Positions 57,763 through 64,000 of a stretch of 64,000 nucleotides of DNA are shown here, in pieces. Source of the stretch: Octopus vulgaris. Taxonomy: Eukaryota. Each line of letters starts with the position of its first letter. Position 1 is the stretch's first letter. Under the pieces are notes generated by a model. The model searched no databases. It saw nothing but the letters and a program-made list of their open reading frames with translations, and had not been told where the DNA came from. A program made the translations under genes and the position numbers. The stretch lies in NCBI GenBank assembly GCA_951406725.2, contig OX597836.1, forward strand, positions 24,366,001 to 24,430,000, in the 5' to 3' direction.

Positions 57763-58289
57763 TTAATTTATGTGTGTAAATATGTAAAATATATTTACAT
57801 ATATATATATTCACACATGCATGCACATACATATCTTCATGTATGTGTGTATGTTTGTGAGTGTGTGTGTGTGTGTCTGTCTGTGCTTCTGTACATGCGT
57901 TTGTGTGTATTTATATATGTGTGTATGCATGCACTTAGGGCTATTTATGTTTGTGCATCTCTGAATATCTTTCCCCAAGAGATCAGAAATTTTCCGTATA
58001 TTCCTCATCATTTCATATTGACTTGCTTTTCTTAATTCTTTATAGATTCCTTATTGATGACACGTTGCTTCTCGACGTTCAAGGAATTCACATCTCCCTG
58101 CATTTCGATGGTTCAGTTATCAACTGCTAATCACCTTCCTCCCCATCCCTATTTCCCCCAACTTTCGTCCTGACAAGTCACATATCCCAGTGCACAGCAC
58201 CTTCTGCAAGTAGTCTCTACTGCAACCTCCAGCCCACAAATGCCTTGTGCGTGAATTTGTGGGGAAGCCTGTCGTAAATAATAATAATA

Positions 58290-58760
58290 GGAGGTTAAGC
58301 CTTTATCTCCCTGAACGAAGGCGGGAAAGACATGCAGCAATATACATCTGGAAGATCCTGGAAGGACTTGCCCCAGACTTTGGCGTTGAAAAGTTATCTA
58401 AACGCCAGAACACGGCGCCATTGTATAGCGCCTAAAACCTTTCCTTTGCCATCAAAATACAGGACAAGATACTGCAATAGGTTGTGTGTCGAGGGCCCAC
58501 AATTCTTCATTATCCTCCCGAAAGAATTGAGACACCTACGTGGAGTGGATGTAGGTGTCATCAAAGCTAAAATGGATTTCCTACTGTCAGGAGTTCCCGG
58601 TAAGGTAACTTCACGACAGAGAATCAGAAATGAGGGCAGCAGCATTAAACTTCATTCACCGAATGGCAACAATTAAAGGAGGGTTAATGAACGTATGGGA
58701 ACACCAGTTGGCGGTGCCACAGCATGGCCACAATCCTTGAGCTGAAGCTAAAAACGAAAT
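58290..58760 (+). mobile_element. CR1-like LINE 3' fragment
   Basis: ERRRERHAAIYIWKILEGLAP, GPQFFIILPKELR..DVGVIKAKMDFLLSGVP; tail GGCGGTGCCACAGCATGGCC at 58710. Confidence 0.85.
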
Positions 58761-59089
58761 TATACGTGTATATTGTTGAATGGATGTATGTACTTTGCGC
58801 ATTATGTATGTATATTGAAAAGCGTTATTAGTTCTGCTTGCAAAACAATTGTGTCAGCTACATTAGAACAACTGATCTTTTATCACGTGACTGTGTTTTC
58901 TTTGATTGTTTCCCAAGGGTTTTGATACATTGCATCTCATTAATGATGTACAGACACAAAGGGACTGAAGTTTGTTGTTGTTTCTCTCTGTTTGACACCT
59001 AGAACCAGACCCAGGCTGAAGGTACTGAACAATGCCAGCAGACGACATATATTCCTTACTAAAAAGATGTTAAGATAAGGAAAGTAACC

Positions 59090-59157
<68 letters not shown>

Positions 59158-59523
59158 GTCTATCTCTCTCTCGCTCTCTCTCACACACACCTATATATAT
59201 CCCAATAATATTAGATTTAACATTGAAGTTACAGGACTCAACAGTTACCCTGTGCAGTTGTTATTCTTGTCGATCTTAATTCTCCTTTAACTGATCCAGT
59301 TATAAGTTCACATGAATCCTTCAGGGAAGATGAAATCAAATATCACCAGTTGAAAATACCTCCAGGCAGCCCTCAAGGGGATACACTTTTGGTTTATATC
59401 GTTCCTATTGTTTATTTATATATTTTATTAAATTTTCTGTTTTCTCTTTACTGTAGAATTTAACCTTTGTTATTTAAAATGCATTTAATCCGCTGTTGTT
59501 GTTGTTATTGTTGTTGTTGTTGT

Positions 59524-60140
59524 ATGACAACTCACAGCTTATTTTGTTGGGTATGATGGAAAGTGTCAGCTGTCCACAGCCAGCAGGCTAAGGTGACATT
59601 TGTTTACTGGTCATGCTTCAAGAACCATGCGAAGAAGAATTCTTGCAGCTCAAAGCAGTACTGATTTTTGTAGGTGTTCTACCTTCACCCTTGCACTTTT
59701 TCAGCCATGTTGGTAATTGAGTTCTGATACTTCCAAGTGCACCAATTACTACTGGTATCACGTCTGCTCTCTTCATTGACCACAACCTTCGTATTTTCCA
59801 CTTGAAATCGTCATAGTTGTTTATTTTATCTTCTTCTTTCACATTGATCCTGGTGTCAGTGGGGCATGCTATATCGATTATCACGTGTTTTTTCGCTTTT
59901 ATTCACCACCATCCGGTTTCCGATGTCTGGTCGGGTGATCGCACTGGATCATTCCATCCCACAGGATTTTGCAATTCTCATTCTCGGTGATTCCTTCTGG
60001 GGTTTGATCATACCACGTCTTTGCTCTTTGTAGTTCCCAATGGATCATTCTTGCCATATTGTCATGGCGTCTTTTGTATTAGTGTTGTGACAATTTTGGG
60101 CATTCGCTAACGATGTACTATACCGTTTCATCTCTCTCAC
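59524..60140 (-). mobile_element. R4/Dong-like LINE 3' fragment
   Basis: ORF 59618-59884 IIDIACPTD..DVIPVVIGALG; RRHDNMAR, ILWD; GTT tract left, ATT tract right. Confidence 0.87.
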
Positions 60141-60242
60141 TCTCTTTCCCTCTATCACTTTCTTCACTACTATATTAATATTATTAATTATTATTAATTA
60201 TCATCATCATCATTATTATTATTATCATCATCATCATCATCA

Positions 60243-60321
<79 letters not shown>

Positions 60322-60401
60322 CCTTTAATATTGCTTCATTTAGCAACTCCTGCTGACTGACAGTCAAATACTTAGGGCTGGTATTGCCATGTAATGTTGA
60401 C

Positions 60402-60465
<64 letters not shown>

Positions 60466-60689
60466 TGCTTTCATTTAACAACTCCCTTTTTATTAAACAG
60501 TCAATACTTATGGGGCTGATACGCTATGGCGTAAGGTTGATATTTCTACGTTGCAATATAAATATAAAAAGACATAAAATTAATTTAAATTAAGTTTATA
60601 GAACATAAATTTAAACGGTTATACAAAAGAAGAGAATTCATTATTAATTATTTTGTATTACAAAAATAAAAAGCGCGTGTAAAACGTAA

Positions 60690-61140
60690 GTTGTGATGTT
60701 GACGATGTTTTTAACTTCATAAATGTTTACCAGGGATGTTTTCGAAAAACTCAAGCTTTTCTTTATTATTTCATCGGCACTAATTACAACTGGAGTTGTT
60801 TGTATTTTCGGTTACCACACTCTACTAATCTCGAGTTTTTGATTTTTGTACTTCGCAAATTTGTCTCATTTTTTATCAGCTGACATTTCTGTCAGATGTT
60901 ATTGTCGTTTCAATGAGCAGGAATGTTAAAATATGCCACCTCATTGACATGGATTTTAAAAATATTTTAAAAAAATTGTTAGCGATTATATCAGGCCAAT
61001 TGGCGTTTCCGGTGCGTTTTGTGTGGAGTGTAAAATCCCTTAAAAATGTTGTGGCTTTCGCTTCAATTACTGGTAGTGGATATTCATAGAAGTTTTCAGC
61101 ATGAACTGTACTATAATATTTGCATAGTATCCAGTGAATG
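60690..61140 (-). mobile_element. Highly decayed R4/Dong-like LINE fragment
   Basis: Residual KYKN..LEISRVW..IQTTPVVISA pattern on the minus strand. Confidence 0.45.
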
Positions 61141-61299
61141 TATTGGCCAAACCAATCCTGCTTAGCTTTTTATTCAGCTGGGGCCAAAACGGAGCACCGA
61201 GGTCAACCGTCTTCTCTCGTTTGTCATTTATTCTGCATTTGGGGTTTGCTCCACTTTTGAGGATGTCTACTTGATAGCTTTGGTCTCTTGCAACAAGGA

Positions 61300-61700
61300 T
61301 GAATGTCTTCTGTTTCTGCTTATAACTCTAAGCTTCGCAGTCACTGAAGAGGTTTGCAGTTGGTCAAAATCAGTATCCTTAGTACGAAAGAGGTATGGAC
61401 CGTAGAGAAGATTTTACTGCCAGCTACCTCTAAGAGTTTTAAGGCCACGCGGTCCCCTGTCAGACACCTCGCTTTATCGCAATGGGCTTGCTACGTATGG
61501 CTCCAATCGTAAGTATGGTAGAACACCCGTCATGCAACCCTTTTACCAGACTGATCAAGTGCTCATGGAGCCACGTTTATACGAAGATATTTAAAAGTGT
61601 CCTCAAGATCCAGTTCTTATTTTGTTGTGTCTTGGCCAATTTTGATGGCTGATGACTTATGCAGATCAGATGAATATTATTCGTCTCTAATATACCATGA
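61300..61700 (-). mobile_element. Highly decayed RT-domain LINE fragment (RTE-like)
   Basis: Minus strand EHLISLVKGLHDG and KRGV*QG (GVRQG-like RT motif). Confidence 0.4.
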
Positions 61701-63191
61701 ACATACAACTGCAACATTATGCGCCAAATCTACATTGTTTTCATAAACGAAGACATCCGACAGCATCTTAAGTGGGATCATACTGAAGCCTCGTGTCTAT
61801 TCATCTTGACAGCGGAAAACAAAACCTCTCGGGCATTACTTATATCACACATAGCACCGCAGCCACCCCGCCCTGAATATGTGTGATACTCAGTTAGATT
61901 CCTTCACAGTGGTTCCAATGCGGAGCCTCACCATTAGAGAGGATTTCTCCAGGTGAAAGTTCATCCTTAGTATGGTTAAGACTGCATCCTAAAAAGTATC
62001 ATTTCCCTTCAGGGCCTGCAGATATTTCAGAGCCCAAGCTCCTAGCTAGAGATAAACAAGAAATGACTGAATGAAAGCAAAAATATTCCGCAAAAGTGAA
62101 GGCTAAAGGTAATAACTTCATAAATAGCAATATATCCTTTTCATTTGAAGCATAAAATTGTTGTTGCTGGGACATTTTTAAAAAAGAAATCCACAAGAAA
62201 AATATCAATATAGACGAATACATTGAGTCCGACTGGCCTCTGAACTGTTTGTGGAATCTGAAGATTAGGAGAAAATACTAGCCGTAAACTCAAACATAAC
62301 CTGAAGGAATTTGTTGTCTTATAAAGCAAGTTAAGGACATGTCTGTTTGTGGCAGATATAACTACAATCGATGTGTCAAAAAAAAAAAAAGAAGCAATAT
62401 AAGAAGAGAATACATCTAAGAGTCAGTGATGAGATGTTTACAGCCTGTATACATAAACTACAAACTTACTCTTCTTTTAGTCATTAATGGATCACGATGT
62501 GACAGGCGCTTTTCGTTTCCGACAATGTGAAACGACGGGACGACGATAATCTTAGTCAAGAGAAATTTAAGCCACCATGGGTGGTCCTCGCATTTATCAA
62601 GGGACTTCTCTCGTTCGGATCATCCTAGGTTAGCGGAAAGATAAGACCACTTCTCAGCCTGAGAGAGACAGTCGGGTGCAGTGAGTGCACCAAGAGTCGA
62701 CAATGGATACTCAAAAGCTTGATGGGGACCCGGTCCATTTGTAGGTTTAGTGGTTGGCTGCTGCCATCTTATTATGTTCATCCATCCTAGTAAATAGGTA
62801 TTGTTAGGTTCTTAGATTGTCTATCAAGCCTCCACACACCAGGGTGCGACCCTTCAAGGGTGTTACCGGCTTACTTGCCAAAGGACCGACCTTGGAACAG
62901 CTAACGCTTGCTTACGTGACCATCAGTAGAAGATAGTATTTCATATGTGAGCTAACGGATGGATCTTCAACAGCTATAGATGAACAAGAGATTGTGGGTG
63001 TATGGGAGATATGGATGGTCAAGTCGTATAACTATCCTTCGGGAATATTATATGATTGAATTTAGATAAACAACATCGTAACATCTCATAAATCTGAGAT
63101 AACAACAATTGTATTGACGATAAAATTGTATCGCATTTTCCGAAATTTATAGAATGAAAATTTGTGGGAATGACGACCAAGTGTACGTACA

Positions 63192-63285
<94 letters not shown>

Positions 63286-63551
63286 TGCGTGTAAGTGCGT
63301 GTGTGAATACATACACAAGCAGACACAGACACGTATATATAAGAACACATGAACACATTCATAGATATTTACGTTTACACATCTATACATCTATCCCACA
63401 CAACACCACACACATACATACACATACATACGCACATGCACACACACATACATATTCATCCATATTCATACATACATATATACATGTACGTATGTATGTA
63501 TGTATATATATGTGTATATATATATATATATATATTATGTATGTATGTATG

Positions 63552-63651
<100 letters not shown>

Positions 63652-64000
63652 GATTTATACGCATATGTGTATGTGTGTGTATATGGAGTGTAAGTATATA
63701 TATGTGCGTATATTCACGTCTATACACTGACTAATATATACACCTACAAAGCAATACTACAGAATAAATGCCATCAGGTATTCAGGATGATATTTGTTCC
63801 AACGGTAGTTTAGTCTTTACACCAAACACAGATCTTTTCAACATCCGGTGGATTAAGTCCCTTCGACTTTAACGGATTAAACCTGACCAAAGCAACCAAA
63901 CTCACTACTCCCCCCTCCCTCCACTCCCACACTACATTCCTATAAAAGCTACATTATTGCAGGGTCTTCATTATCGTTCATTCACTTTAACACTTGTATT

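Overview
AT-rich, repeat-saturated eukaryotic non-coding DNA (intergenic or intronic). The SINE families and the microsatellite load look like a coleoid cephalopod, most likely Octopus; that assignment rests on recall, not a search. I found no intact host gene, rRNA, tRNA or CRISPR array, and nearly all ORF-track entries are translations of microsatellites. The recognisable content is: about ten decayed R4/Dong-like LINE fragments (restriction-like endonuclease) sitting strand-specifically in (TAA)n tracts; CR1-like, RTE-like and L1/Tx1-like LINE 3' fragments; two decayed Tc1 elements with both TIRs; a truncated mariner; several MITEs; four tRNA-derived SINE families (A-D); and a ~555-bp non-tRNA TAA-embedded retroposon (family E). 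The most interesting signals are direct evidence of SINE-LINE partnerships (a SINE tail matching an L1/Tx1-like LINE tail with an apparent GGTA target preference, and a SINE tail matching CR1-like LINEs), SINE tail swapping, a finely interleaved two-element mosaic, and a MITE family with TTAGGG repeats and variable-length TSDs. Coordinates were read by eye and may be off by a few bases.
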